From an uncultured Thermoplasmatales archaeon (GTDB lineage: Archaea > Thermoplasmatota > Penumbrarchaeia > Penumbrarchaeales > Penumbrarchaeaceae): a stretch of DNA of 64,000 nt. Made by a program: the position numbers and the translations under genes. The DNA is taken from contig CAYULA010000010.1 in assembly GCA_964445525.1 (NCBI GenBank), positions 1,158 through 65,157 on the forward strand, given 5' to 3'. The notes below the pieces were generated by a model, which had not been told where the DNA came from, searched no databases, and worked only from the letters and a program-made list of their open reading frames with translations. This document shows positions 7,626 to 19,600 of the stretch, piece after piece. Every line of letters starts with the position of its first letter. Position 1 is the stretch's first letter.

Positions 7626-10600
7626 TTACTCGAAGACGGCTCCGCAGTGCGGACATATCGGGGCGGAAACCGGGATCAATGCACCGCACTCGAAGCACTC
7701 GGCAAGTTCCTCCTCGGGTTCGCCGGGTTTTGAAGCCTCCTCGGTGATCTCTTCAAGCTCCTCGGTCTCTTCACCTTCGGTTTCTTCGGCCTCCTCGCCC
7801 TCGATCTCCTCTAGTTCCTCCTCGGCTTCCTCGCCCTCTTCCTCCTCCTCTTCTTCTGCGGGAAGGAGCTCGGAACTTACCGGCTTTCCGCATGAGGGAC
7901 ATTCCGCAGCACCCTTGGGGATGGATTCTCCACACTCGCATTCGAGTTCATCGGAGAACTCCACACCGCAGTGGGGACAAACGGTGGCATCAAGAGGCAC
8001 CAGACCTCCGCAGTTGGAACACTTGGCCTTGTCAGCCGATTGAAGCCTCATGTAAACGAAGATGCCCAGTGCAACGATTATAACAACAAGGACAAAGAGG
8101 ATTATCAAAACCAACAGGAGATAATTCACATCCTCTTCTTCCTCATTGACCTTGAACAGACCCATTGCCTCGTTATTTGCGTAATCGGATTCGAAGACGG
8201 CCCCTCCGTCGTTTACCTTGCATTTCCAGGCTACATCTTCCGAGAATACCGTATCCGGTTTCACGGTGAAAGTAACTCTCTGGGTATCGAAGGGGGCGAT
8301 TGTTACCGTTTCCCTGGTATTCAAGGCGGGACCGGTGAAAGTAACCTCCACGTCCCTGTAGGTGAAGTTCCCTGAATTTGTTATCTCGTATACGATAATG
8401 TATTCATTACCCTTGGTCATCTCGAACTTGCCCTTGTCAGACTTCCATCCCTGGGAATCCTCCCTAACAAGTTCAACCGAAAGGTCGGGAGAATCCAATA
8501 CTTCTATGGTAACCTCATAGAGGTTATTGCCCTCATCGAATTCTCTTACCCGATTCTCGGGATCCACAACGATGGAGAGTGTGTTCTCACCAATTGAATC
8601 AAGTACCCAGTATCCCATTATAATTGCTGTTCCATTGTCTTCCAGGAATTCAACATAGGTTGAATATTCCACCCATGTGTCTGTGGAATTGGTCACCATG
8701 AAAAGGACCGTTGTGTTTGAAGCGGTCTTTCCACCTTCGTTGGTGATGTTGATACTGATGGAGATGTTGGTTCCCAGGTAACCCACACCATTCTCATCCG
8801 GTGACATTCCCGAATATTTTGAGGTCATGGTGAGTGTATTCTCATCCAGCCTTACCTCGGGTACATCCATTATATCGAAGATCTCCAGTGCTTCTCCAAG
8901 CTGATTGTTTGTGGTGCTCTGTTCCTCTCCGTCCATCAATTCAACCGATGCATAAACCATCCGAATTCCCTTTGGATATGCCACTTCCCAATCCAATTCG
9001 ATATACCTGGTTGAATGACCGCCAAGTATGTTTGCGGGGAACATTATATCCGATCCGATCCTGTTTGCGAGAGGATCGTTGATGAAATCACCATTGTAGA
9101 AAGCCACCTTGAAGCTGGGTGTTGATGTATCACCCACATTTTCCAGTGTAGCGTTGATCTTTATCTCCTTTCCGACTCCGGCTGAGTCCACCGCTATTTC
9201 ACCCTGATAGAAATCAATGGATGTGAAAACCAGATCCGGCAGTGTCTGGACATAGATGTCCCAGCTCATCTTGTTATTTCCCTCATTGCTCTCGTCAATG
9301 AGATTGGAAAAATCCAGGACGACGAATATCTCGTGATAATCACCGGTCCTCGGCACCCAGGGAACCTCCACTGAGGTCGCGCCTCCGGCTTCAATCCTGT
9401 CGATTACCGCAGAAGGTTGGGTTGGCTTCCAGGGAATGATTTTGCCGCCCTCGTCCGGGTCGCCGTCATAGAACCTCACAAATATATTGAAGGCGTCGGT
9501 CTGACCCGAGTTCCTGATGGTGGCGAAAAGATCCACTTCCTGATCGATGAAGATCTTCTCCTCGGGCAGGACCCTGAGATCGTTCTCGCCCATGAATAGA
9601 TCAGGCTTTGATAAAACATTGAAAGTCTTAAAAGCCAGATTATTATCCGCACCGCTTCCTTCCTCGATAAGCCTGTTGAATGGGTCTATCTGGACAAACA
9701 GTGTATGTTCTCCCACACCCTGTGCAGGCCATAGGAATGATACATTGGTTATCTCTCCCGGAGAGAGATCGATATTTGTGTGGGCAATAACGTTGACATC
9801 CGAGTCAACGGCAAAATTGACCCGAACGTTTTCGGCCATTGTATTGCCGATATTCTCGATCCACGCCCAGAAGGTGACATTCTTTCCCTCGGTTATTACA
9901 TCGGGAGCTATACCCAGGTCCCTGTTGAATGTAAGATCAGGGGGGGTGTCAACATCGAGTGGAAGAGAGTACACGTTATTATCCTCGAACTGTTCCATTA
10001 CCTGATCCTCGCTATCGATGACAATGTTGATGTCGTGGGTACCTATCGGAAGTCCCGCAAACCACTGGAACTGGACATTGGCCTCCATTTGGGGTTCCAG
10101 GGAGGATATCGTAAGCGGAATTGGTGTTACCAGGTTTTCCTCGATCATCTCACCGTCATAAGCCATGATCTTGAACTGCCCCGAAGGCATCTCTCCGGTG
10201 TTTTCAACCACGAAAGAGATCATCCTTGTCTTGTTGATGGTCACCGGAACTGGTGAATCAACTTCTATTGATCCTGGTTTTATATGCAGCTCGGGCAGGT
10301 TCTTGACAGTTGTATCAAGGGTCTTGACCGAGTTGAGAGGCACCTGATCGAATCTGGCATCAACCTCGGCTGTCAATGTGACCAGTCCGGCTTCAAGTGG
10401 GATCCAGTCTATGGACCTAATTGTGGAGGTGCCCGGTTCAATATAATCGAACATCAGCTCCTCTTTGACTATTCCGCTTCCCCTGATTCCGCTCCATGTG
10501 ACATTTACCTTGAAGGGGGTTTGGGAAGGATCCTCGTCGCCTATGTTTGTTACCTTGACATCGACATAGCCTTCCATTCCAAATACCCACTGGGTTGTGT

Positions 10601-13340
10601 TTTCCACGAACTCTATCTGATAATCGGGACCCATTCCTATCATGTTCAACTGGTTGAATACGTTGTTATCCTCGTTGGTCTCACTTAAACCCATGTAGGG
10701 ATCAACTATCACCACGAATTCCAGTTCGCCCTCCTGTGATGTCCAGGGGAATGTCACCGTTTCGTTCTCTCCTGCTTCCAGACCCGGGATCGAAACGGAA
10801 TCTAGTATGAAACCTCCTATCTGAAGCTCAACCTCGAACGGACCTGCGTCGAATTCTCCGACATTGGAGATCCTGGCCTCCAGGTTCACTTCGTTCCCTG
10901 ATATGAGGGTTCCATCCACCATAAGATTTTCAACGGTGATATCCGGCCCTCCCGGAATTGTTATCATGGCATCCACATCGCTCCCGGCCACGACTGCCGA
11001 GTATTTCTGGGATGTGAACCCCTCGAAATCGGCCATCAGCCTGTAATTTCCAAGATAATTCCTTCCTGTGGATCGCCGTTCTTCCTGGAGCAGGGTGAAT
11101 AAGGAGGAACCATTTCCATCAGTTCTGTGGCTGGAGACGGGAATCTCATTCTGTCCCACGACCCTCAAGACATCCACCTTAGATCCCGGAAGAGGATTCT
11201 CCACGGAATCAACAACTCTCGAATCGGCCCAGAAATAGATCCGGATCACACCACTTCCAACAGCCTTTGCCCAGTAGGTTCTGCCTTTGGAGAGGTTCCC
11301 GGAATAGGTGACATTTATCAGATCCGCAGTACCATCTATGTCCAGCGGAGTGGAGAAAGTGGCATTCTCGGATCGGAAATCAACATTCTTCCAGTCCAGA
11401 TCTTCTATGTCCACTATCCCGCCGCTGAGTTCAAGTATGTTGTTGTATGAGTAAATATCCTTAATACCCAGGCTCTTGGCATCGATCCTAGCGGAAACGG
11501 AGGATCCGTAAAGATTCAGAGAACCATTCATCCTGTCAGCTTTGACGTCCATTTTCGCCGTATCCCTGGCCACAATATTTCTCACTGACAGCAACCCTTC
11601 CTTCATACTGAAGCTTGGGTTTCCGCTTCCAAGCATATACAGGTAGAGATCTTCCGTTCCTCTCGAAGAGAGACTTACATTGTTCATTTCCACCTGACCG
11701 CCGTTCTCAACAAGGATGTAGGCGGGACCTTCATCTGTGAGGAAATTGACAGTGGTGTCGTTGATGACCAATTTACCTCCGGAACCTACAACCACGTGTC
11801 CGTCGAAAGCGTAGTAGGAAGGATAGAATTTGCCATCGATCAGGGAAGCTGTTCCTTTGATGAATGTGTTGGTTCCTATGGTCATATCGATATCGTTCTT
11901 ATCGAAATAGGTGGAATCCGAGGGATCGACAACATATTTCGAGAAAGAAAGTGATCCTCCGAGATCCGAGGCTATCTTGTCGGAAAATTCCACATCTTCC
12001 ATGATTTTTACTATGATACCTGCCTGGTCACCTTGTCCGGGAAGATCGGGATACGAATCAAAACTGGTCGATGCCGACAATGTTTCCCCGTCAATGACCA
12101 CCTTTACCTCGTAATCGGGTGTAACATTGGAGTTGGGCATGGAATCGAAGTTGAACAGATCGGTCATAACGGGAATGAATACCCATCCATCCTGACCGGT
12201 ATCACTCCAGTTCAGGTTTGTCCTTCCCGTGTAATCAAGCATCTCGCTTGTGAGGTAGGAACCATCAAGTTTCCTGTTTTGATTTCCCTCAACCCTGAAT
12301 ACCTGGACCTCCTGATCCTCAACCTGTATGTTCATTCCGTCCAGTACGTGTGCTGCAATCCACCTGTAATATAGAGAGCTGGAGTCCTCATCCTGAATCA
12401 GTATTGCAGGACTGGATGGATCATCCGTGTTGTTTATTGATGCACCCACAAGATGGGCTACGGCTCCGTTGGATAACTTCAGTACATTGTGACTTCCGGT
12501 TGAAAGATTGGATTCAAGATCTATGTCCAGAAATGAATTGATAACCGTAAGATTTGTTCCTGAACCATCCAGGGTAATGTTTGAACCCCATCTGCCATCC
12601 CTTGATCCAACGTCGAAAGAGAAAGTGTCCCTCAATTCCGATTCGATTATTACTCCCTTTGATCCGGAAAGGAGAGTCAGGATCATTCCGTCATCATTGT
12701 AATCAACATCATCCTGACTGGTTCCGTCACCGTCGATATCATATCCCAGATCATCCTGGTCCTTCAGTTCTATGAACTTGGAGTTTACCATTTCCAGATT
12801 GGCATTGTTGCTGAGCTCCATTTCCCCAGGACCTTCTATTACCGAATCCGATAGTGATATCTCCGATCCGGATCCGGTTACCTCGATATCGATCATGAAG
12901 TAGGGTTTCAGCTGACCTGTCTGGGTGGTCAGAACGGAATTAACAAAGTTTAGAGAACCTCCCGATGATACATCGATCTGATAGATGTGGTCATCACCTC
13001 CGCCGATAATACCGTTACTGCCCAGATCCTGGGAGAGGGTGATAGTCGAGTTGATGAAGGTAAGGCTGCTTCCCGTACCTGACACCTCGATATCCCCATC
13101 CAGCAGGTAGTTAACCCCGGTGTAAGTTTTCGTATTTCCTCCGGTGACTTTGATAGTCCCTATGCTTGATGCTCCATCAGCCGATTCGTCCGTCGAATCG
13201 GTGGAGATCAGCATTACCGAAGCGATCAACATTCCGACGATCATCAATGAGGATGTCGTCCTTGCCAAGAAAAACGAATGGTCCTTCATTCGGTCCACCT
13301 TCTTCCAATAGGAAATGGTCAGTGCATCCGACCTTCTCAT
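7626..13340 (-). CDS. giant surface protein: N-terminal signal anchor, beta-helix-like region, >=8 CARDB-like repeats, C-terminal TM, cytoplasmic triple zinc-ribbon tail
   Basis: 1904-aa uninterrupted ORF. Hydrophobic N-terminus (LMIVGMLIASVMLIS). N/S/T/G-rich repetitive first ~800 aa. Repeated motifs such as ISNVGEFDAGPFEV, VTNIGDEDPSQTPF, IENIGNTMAENVRV, IRNSGQTDAFNIFV. TM at nt 8049-8126. Alternative start ATG 13289 has an AGGTGG SD. Confidence 0.85.
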   Translation of the reverse strand: MRRSDALTISYWKKVDRMKDHSFFLARTTSSLMIVGMLIASVMLISTDSTDESADGASSIGTIKVTGGNTKTYTGVNYLLDGDIEVSGTGSSLTFINSTITLSQDLGSNGIIGGGDDHIYQIDVSSGGSLNFVNSVLTTQTGQLKPYFMIDIEVTGSGSEISLSDSVIEGPGEMELSNNANLEMVNSKFIELKDQDDLGYDIDGDGTSQDDVDYNDDGMILTLLSGSKGVIIESELRDTFSFDVGSRDGRWGSNITLDGSGTNLTVINSFLDIDLESNLSTGSHNVLKLSNGAVAHLVGASINNTDDPSSPAILIQDEDSSSLYYRWIAAHVLDGMNIQVEDQEVQVFRVEGNQNRKLDGSYLTSEMLDYTGRTNLNWSDTGQDGWVFIPVMTDLFNFDSMPNSNVTPDYEVKVVIDGETLSASTSFDSYPDLPGQGDQAGIIVKIMEDVEFSDKIASDLGGSLSFSKYVVDPSDSTYFDKNDIDMTIGTNTFIKGTASLIDGKFYPSYYAFDGHVVVGSGGKLVINDTTVNFLTDEGPAYILVENGGQVEMNNVSLSSRGTEDLYLYMLGSGNPSFSMKEGLLSVRNIVARDTAKMDVKADRMNGSLNLYGSSVSARIDAKSLGIKDIYSYNNILELSGGIVDIEDLDWKNVDFRSENATFSTPLDIDGTADLINVTYSGNLSKGRTYWAKAVGSGVIRIYFWADSRVVDSVENPLPGSKVDVLRVVGQNEIPVSSHRTDGNGSSLFTLLQEERRSTGRNYLGNYRLMADFEGFTSQKYSAVVAGSDVDAMITIPGGPDITVENLMVDGTLISGNEVNLEARISNVGEFDAGPFEVELQIGGFILDSVSIPGLEAGENETVTFPWTSQEGELEFVVIVDPYMGLSETNEDNNVFNQLNMIGMGPDYQIEFVENTTQWVFGMEGYVDVKVTNIGDEDPSQTPFKVNVTWSGIRGSGIVKEELMFDYIEPGTSTIRSIDWIPLEAGLVTLTAEVDARFDQVPLNSVKTLDTTVKNLPELHIKPGSIEVDSPVPVTINKTRMISFVVENTGEMPSGQFKIMAYDGEMIEENLVTPIPLTISSLEPQMEANVQFQWFAGLPIGTHDINIVIDSEDQVMEQFEDNNVYSLPLDVDTPPDLTFNRDLGIAPDVITEGKNVTFWAWIENIGNTMAENVRVNFAVDSDVNVIAHTNIDLSPGEITNVSFLWPAQGVGEHTLFVQIDPFNRLIEEGSGADNNLAFKTFNVLSKPDLFMGENDLRVLPEEKIFIDQEVDLFATIRNSGQTDAFNIFVRFYDGDPDEGGKIIPWKPTQPSAVIDRIEAGGATSVEVPWVPRTGDYHEIFVVLDFSNLIDESNEGNNKMSWDIYVQTLPDLVFTSIDFYQGEIAVDSAGVGKEIKINATLENVGDTSTPSFKVAFYNGDFINDPLANRIGSDIMFPANILGGHSTRYIELDWEVAYPKGIRMVYASVELMDGEEQSTTNNQLGEALEIFDIMDVPEVRLDENTLTMTSKYSGMSPDENGVGYLGTNISISINITNEGGKTASNTTVLFMVTNSTDTWVEYSTYVEFLEDNGTAIIMGYWVLDSIGENTLSIVVDPENRVREFDEGNNLYEVTIEVLDSPDLSVELVREDSQGWKSDKGKFEMTKGNEYIIVYEITNSGNFTYRDVEVTFTGPALNTRETVTIAPFDTQRVTFTVKPDTVFSEDVAWKCKVNDGGAVFESDYANNEAMGLFKVNEEEEDVNYLLLVLIILFVLVVIIVALGIFVYMRLQSADKAKCSNCGGLVPLDATVCPHCGVEFSDELECECGESIPKGAAECPSCGKPVSSELLPAEEEEEEEGEEAEEELEEIEGEEAEETEGEETEELEEITEEASKPGEPEEELAECFECGALIPVSAPICPHCGAVFE

Positions 13341-13589
13341 CCAAGGGCCAGATATCTATTTAACCCCCTATCACAACAGCTAACCTTGTATATAAATAGG
13401 TTATTCTTTAAATATTGTAAATGAAAAATTAAATGATTTTGAAGTGTTGAAAACAACATTACTGATAGTGATCCCAACGGAATGACCTTGTTCGGATCTG
13501 TTTTTTTTGATGACATCAAGCATCGAATAAATGGAGGTGTTGATAACCTGTTCGATTCATCCCCCGGGGAAAACCCTGGGAAAGTTTTT

Positions 13590-13620
13590 TTTATAAAATG
13601 ACTCATGAATAAACAGGAGG
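13590..13620 (+). promoter_or_regulatory. putative TATA box (TTTATAAAA, 13590-13598) and SD (AGGAGG, 13615-13620) for the 2032-aa gene
   Basis: Positions relative to ATG 13632 fit an archaeal promoter plus a short leader. Motif-by-eye only. Confidence 0.3.
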
Positions 13621-13631
13621 CTTGAGTCGCA

Positions 13632-16600
13632 ATGACTTCCGCAAGGGTAAAGCGGAGCTTAAAACATGGTTCCGGTCACTTCCGGACAGCATCGGTTACT
13701 TTGGTTCTGATTATACTGATTTTATTTCACGGGAAAACAACGGGATCCAATGATTTGGTCGAGATCTCAGAAAAAAAACCGTATCCGGTTATCAATGAGG
13801 TCTATCCAAACCCTGATCTTGACATCAACGGCGACGGCGATACAGATCAGGATGATGAATTCGTTGAGCTATTCAATCCATCCGATACCGATCTGGAGTT
13901 GAAGGACTATTCTCTCTCCGATAATACAGGGACCTATACTATCCCAAATAAGACCATCCGGGCTGGATCTCACTTGATACTTGGAAGATGGGAAACCGGC
14001 CTGGTTCTGGGAAGGGATGACCAAGTCACCCTCTGCGATCAAAATGGTTCTATCATTGACCATTTCGAATTCCGGGATGCGGGGAAGGGTGATTGTTATC
14101 AGAGGTCACCCGACGGAAATGAAAGATGGATATCCGGTGCCAAACCGACACCGGGCCTTGAGAACTCGGACCCTCCCTCATTCATAATAAATGAGGTGCT
14201 TCCAGACCCAGAAGGATCAAATTCGGGTAATCAGTGGCTGGAACTGAAAAATACCGGTCCGGATTGGAATATTGAAGGATTCGTTTTGACAAATCACGAT
14301 GCTTTGGAATTTGTGCTTCCAGATCATGAAATCAAAAAAGATGAAAGGTTCCTCATACATCTGGGAAGCGAGACCAAAGCTCCAGATGTTCCCGAAGATA
14401 TCAAGGTTATCTGTGACAGCAGCTCAAGCACCCTGTATTCATCGGGAGATGACCTGGAGTTCCTGGATTCCGATGGATATGCACTTGATTTTGTTGCATG
14501 GGGAAATTCAACCCATGTTGACAGATCAACCGGCAAAGGTATGAAAGGTCAATGGTCCGGCGAATTCTACGATAAGGAAAATTCGACCATGTGGGGAGAT
14601 TTGAGGAATCCTGCTCCCGTCACCGGAAGGACCCTGATGAGGATACATGACGGAAGGGATTCGCATTCCCCGGCAGATTTCATTCTTGGACCGGAATTGA
14701 CCGGGGGCACTCCGGGATGGAACAACTCGATTGACCCGGGCCTCGAACTTGATCTTCCGGAAGGTCCACTCAATCTCAATGAAGGTGAAAAGGACACCAT
14801 CTTTCTGAATATTTCATCTTCGGGAACCATGCGTGGAAATATCTCTATATTATCCCGGGTTACCGATGAAAACTGGACTGCGTCTCTGGCAGCAAACAGG
14901 ACTCACATGGTTGGTGGAGGGGATAATAAACCTCTAAAAATAGATATCGAAGCCCCAGTTGACCTCAGGATATCTAACAGATGCGATCTGAACCTGATGG
15001 TAACCTGGGAGGATCTTCCATTTATCTCATTTCAAAGGACCTTGAAGATGCAAATTCCCTCCTTTGATGTCGCCCTGGAGGACATGGTTGTCGAACTGGA
15101 TGATTTTCCTACTTCGATCTTTCCCGAGGGGTCCTACATTGAAATCAGCGGGAAGGTCATCTGTGATGGTGAGATACCAGGAGGGGACCTCTTTCTAATG
15201 ATATCCCTATTGAAAGAAAATGAGACCGAAATGGAAGAGCTGTTGGAGTTCAAGGACCTCAGAGCCAGTTCCAGAAGGACCTTTTCCGTGGAACTGGATA
15301 CCATCTACCTCGAGGGCAATCTTACCCTGATCGCTCGGATGGATTTCCAGGACAAAGTCAGGGAGCCGGATGAAGATAACAACCTCTGGAGTGAGGAAAT
15401 CCAGGTCATACCGACAACACTCTCAGACAGTTCCAGAGGTCTGGTAATCACCGAAGTCCTGTGGAATTACACATCAGTAGGTTGCTTCGTGACAGTCAAC
15501 AACACCGGCCCCGAATCTATTGACATATCACATATGAGGCTGTATTTCGATGATTGCTTTGTCTCCTTTCCCGATGAAGCCTCGATCCCGTCAAGGGGAA
15601 ACATAACCGTTGCATGGGGAGAAGAGGCACTGGAAAAAATCGATGACATCGGCAAGATATTCAGAAAAGACGGGAAAGGACCGGTTGATTTCAGGATGTC
15701 AGAAGATGAAGACCATAAGGACCCCATGGAGTCTAATATTCTCAGGTTGATGACACGATACAGGGACCTCATCGATGAGGTTACACTAAAAAGAGAGGCA
15801 ATCGAGGATGGCAAAAATAACATGACCGCTCTGTTTCCTGAAACCACCTGGGGTTCCATCCTGAAAAGGAGATCGGACAGTAATGGCCTTCACATCGATA
15901 CCGATTCCTATCTCGACTGGACCGTGGATCCAGTCAGGGCTTCAATTACCACTCTGCTAGTTGATCCGGGTCCGGATGGTCCGGGGGAGTTTATCGGAAT
16001 AACACCTGATGACAAGAGCAATGATCTCTCCGGACTTGTTTTATCGAGAGGAGATGGGTTGCTGGTGATACCGGATGAATACTCCCGTACACCAGAAGAA
16101 ACATTCATCGCAAGGGAGCCGGAGTCATTTGATTCCAAACAATTGTTCCTCCCCGAACTGGCATTCGAGGATAACGAGAGGGAGATACCATCCTGTTCCG
16201 TTCCGGGATTCAGGACCGTCTCTCTTCCGAACGGGGGTGGGGAGTTAACTCTCCTTGACAGAGGAAACCGGATTATCGAAAAGGTGTGTTGGGGAAATTC
16301 GGATAGCCTCGATCCTGGACGCGGGGTCATAATTTCAAGGAGATTGAGCATTGAGGGACCTTCAAATTGGATGAAAAGAGGCACCGGAGATCTGCCCATG
16401 AACGGGAAATGGTCATTTTCCAACCGTTCTATATCAGAGGCAGGATCCGGCGGTCTCCCTGATCTGGTGACCGTTGATGATTCCGAAAAAGTCAGCTTCC
16501 TGTTACCTGGTTTGACACTTGAATATCTGGCCCGAACTATAATGAACATAAGAGAAGATGGAAACCAGGTAAAACTCTACATATTTTGTCCTCCCTGGAA

Positions 16601-19600
16601 CAGGGATCCCTCCCTGCAGATCCATACTGGGTTGGAAAAGGAGATGGGTTGGTTCAGACACCTTGAGGATGTGGGTGTGAAGATTTTCTTCCCCGAGGAT
16701 CCGAAAGATCAATGGTGTTCCGGTTCGGTTATAACCCAAAATAGATTGGTCTCATTCAACGTCCCCAGGAATGGAAGGACCGAAGAGATCCGATGGGACA
16801 TGATTGCATTCGATGGAGGATCGAGTTCCATTTTTGAACTTTCCGAGGATTTCAGGGAACAGGAGGATTGGTTCGACGCATCTCCGATGCTTTCAGAATA
16901 TAATAGGATCGAACCCGGTTCCTTCGACGAAAATAATACGGTTGATCATGTAAATGAATGCGATTCTTCAATATGCTGGGCAGTGGATCCTTCAATATAT
17001 ACCGTTGGATCCGGAAGGATATCCATTCTTCACACAACAGGAGGTCTGGATCTTTCGACAATCATGGAACTCCTCCGGAATGGATCCTCGGTTGATCTGT
17101 CCATCAGCTCATCGCTGTTGAGAATGGAAAATGAGGATGCATTGGAAAAGATATTCGAAGAAGAAAACAGAATCACCTCAGTACCTCCTCTTCATTCAAT
17201 AGGTGATTTGAATTCCGATTTTTCATGCAGACTTGCAGCGTTGGAAAGGATATCCCAGGAGAGAGGATATGATCTTCGGTTATCCATGATGGATATATTC
17301 AACGGGACTTTCGAGGGAAGAAACATATGGTCTTGGGGTACAGGATATGCCTGTACAACCTCAACCCACCTCGATGAGAAGGTCCCTTGCTGGATCATAT
17401 GCAATCTGAAAAAAGGAACCAGACAGATTCCGCAAACATTCAACAATCCTTTCCCCAAGGGGTTCCTTCCCGGGAATTCCATAATCAAAGGTCAAAAAAT
17501 TGTGATTGACAAGATATATTTTGACACATACCTCAAAGAGGATCCGGATGAGGCAATCTGTCTTCTGAACTGTGGTTCGGAACAGATCGATATCTCCGGA
17601 TTCATCATAACCGATGACGAAGGGGAGGGAAGAAACAGTGACGGATTATGGATGATTCCCCCCAATACGAGCATAGATCCCGCCCGGGAATTCTGGATAA
17701 CCAGGGACGGGGGCAGGTTCCACTATCAATTCGGTTTCCATGCTGATCTGGCTTTTCTGAACAGTACCTGCGGCGGATACCTATCCGGGGTGTACGGGGA
17801 CCTCAGGCTTGCCAATTCCAACGATACGGTCTCACTTAGGGACCCGATGGGAAATATTGTTGATGTGGTTCCCTACGGAGAATCCACATGGAAAAGCGTA
17901 TGGCCCCATCATGACGGGGGAAATTGGTCGGGTCCTTCGGCATCTGCCCCCGGCTGGGGCAAGATCCTTCACAGATGGAAAGGATGGGATCAAGTACTGC
18001 CGGAAGACAGGAACTCCGCGGAGGATTTCACACTTTTAAGAAACTTGTATCCCGGTGTATCCGACCTCCCCCGATTCGGGAAGGTCGAGGCCGAAAATGT
18101 CGATGCGGCGGTGTGTCCGGATTCGGGCTGGAGTCTGCTGAAACGATCGATAGCAGAATCAAACTCCAGAATCCTATTCAACGTCTACGAGATGACATCG
18201 GACTGGATAGTATCATCTCTCATTGGCGCAAGGGAGAGAGGGATAGAGGTCAAAGTTATCCTTGAAGGAGGACCCGTAGGGGGCAGGTCATATACCTCGG
18301 AGATCCTCGCCGATAGATTGACCGAGAACGGGATAACCGTAAGGTGGATGTCAAATGATTTCGAAAAAGACATCAGGGACAGATACAGGTACGACCATGC
18401 AAAATACCTCGTGATCGACGGTAAAACCACATTGGTCTCGACGGATAATTTCAAGGATTCATCTTTCCCCAACAACGGAGACATCCTGGAAGGGACAAGG
18501 GGATGGATGGTGTCGGTTACTTCAAAGGAGCTTGCATCACAGATGGAGAAAATATTCTTCGGAGATTGGAACGGTCCCGACATGATGGAGAATACGGTAG
18601 ATTATCTGCAGGATTACGATAAATCAGGTAAAGGAATCCTTCAAGTGGAAACGGATGAACCGAGATTTTCGTTGTTTTCCGCAAATTCATCAGCAGAAGT
18701 CCAGGTTCTTGTATGCCCCGACCACATCTCGACACCGGGAAATCCTCTTATTAGGGCAATAGAACAGGCCGAGAGTTCAATATTCCTGGAATTGATGGAT
18801 ATCGACGAGGATTTCAACCTTCAGGGAAAGGAAAATACATTCGAACTGGAGGGGTCCTGGGGTGTGAAGGAACCGGTAAAGGGCATGAACAATCCCTATC
18901 TGGCGGCTCTTTTTGATGCTGCCGGAAGGGGAGTTCGTGTCAGGATTCTCCTTGACGGCTCCGACTTCAACGGAGACGGCATTCCCGAGAATATGGAGAC
19001 AGCTAACCTGATCGGGAAAGCAGTTGATGAGTTGGGTCTGTCGAACAATTTCAGGGTGCGGCTTCACCCGCCCTCCAGAATGGATAATTACTGTGACATT
19101 TCCCTGATCCATTCAAAAGGGATGGTAATAGACGGTAATAAGACATGGATCTCTTCCTTCAACTGGGGTCCTACCTCGGGATTGGACAACAGGGAGGTGG
19201 GTCTTATGATAGACTCGCAAGAGATTGCCTCTTTTTATACTTCGGTTATGGACCACGATTGGGGAGGTACCATCCAGAATGACCTTACTGCCGACCTGAA
19301 GCAGATCCGATTCTGGACCGAGGAAGATATTTCAGTGGCCAGGGTGGCCATGGAGGTCGATTGGAATGGTGAACAATGTTTGAATTTTTCATTTGAAAAC
19401 GGTAGAGAAGGCTCCGAACCTTTCGTTATAGGTGGCGTTGAGGGGGATTACGATGGCATATTTAGACAAGAAGTGGCCATCCGCGATGCAAAGGAAGGAG
19501 ATCTGATCGTTATTTGCGCAACTTCGGAAGAGAGGACTATGGAACTTTTCGAGGTTACCGTTGGTTTCAATGAGGAGGAGTCGAGAGAACCGGCTGGATT

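Noticed and set aside
7730-7870. Periodic GAA/GAG-rich DNA (also 35770-35870 and 57480-57800) that looks like a repeat array
   Set aside because: It is coding low-complexity poly-Glu/Asp tracts inside long ORFs. There is no constant repeat/spacer structure, so it is not CRISPR or a satellite.
13337-13606. 89-aa minus-strand ORF in the spacer between the two giant genes
   Set aside because: The region is AT-rich and promoter-like. The ORF overlaps the start codon of the 1904-aa gene and has no motif or RBS support.
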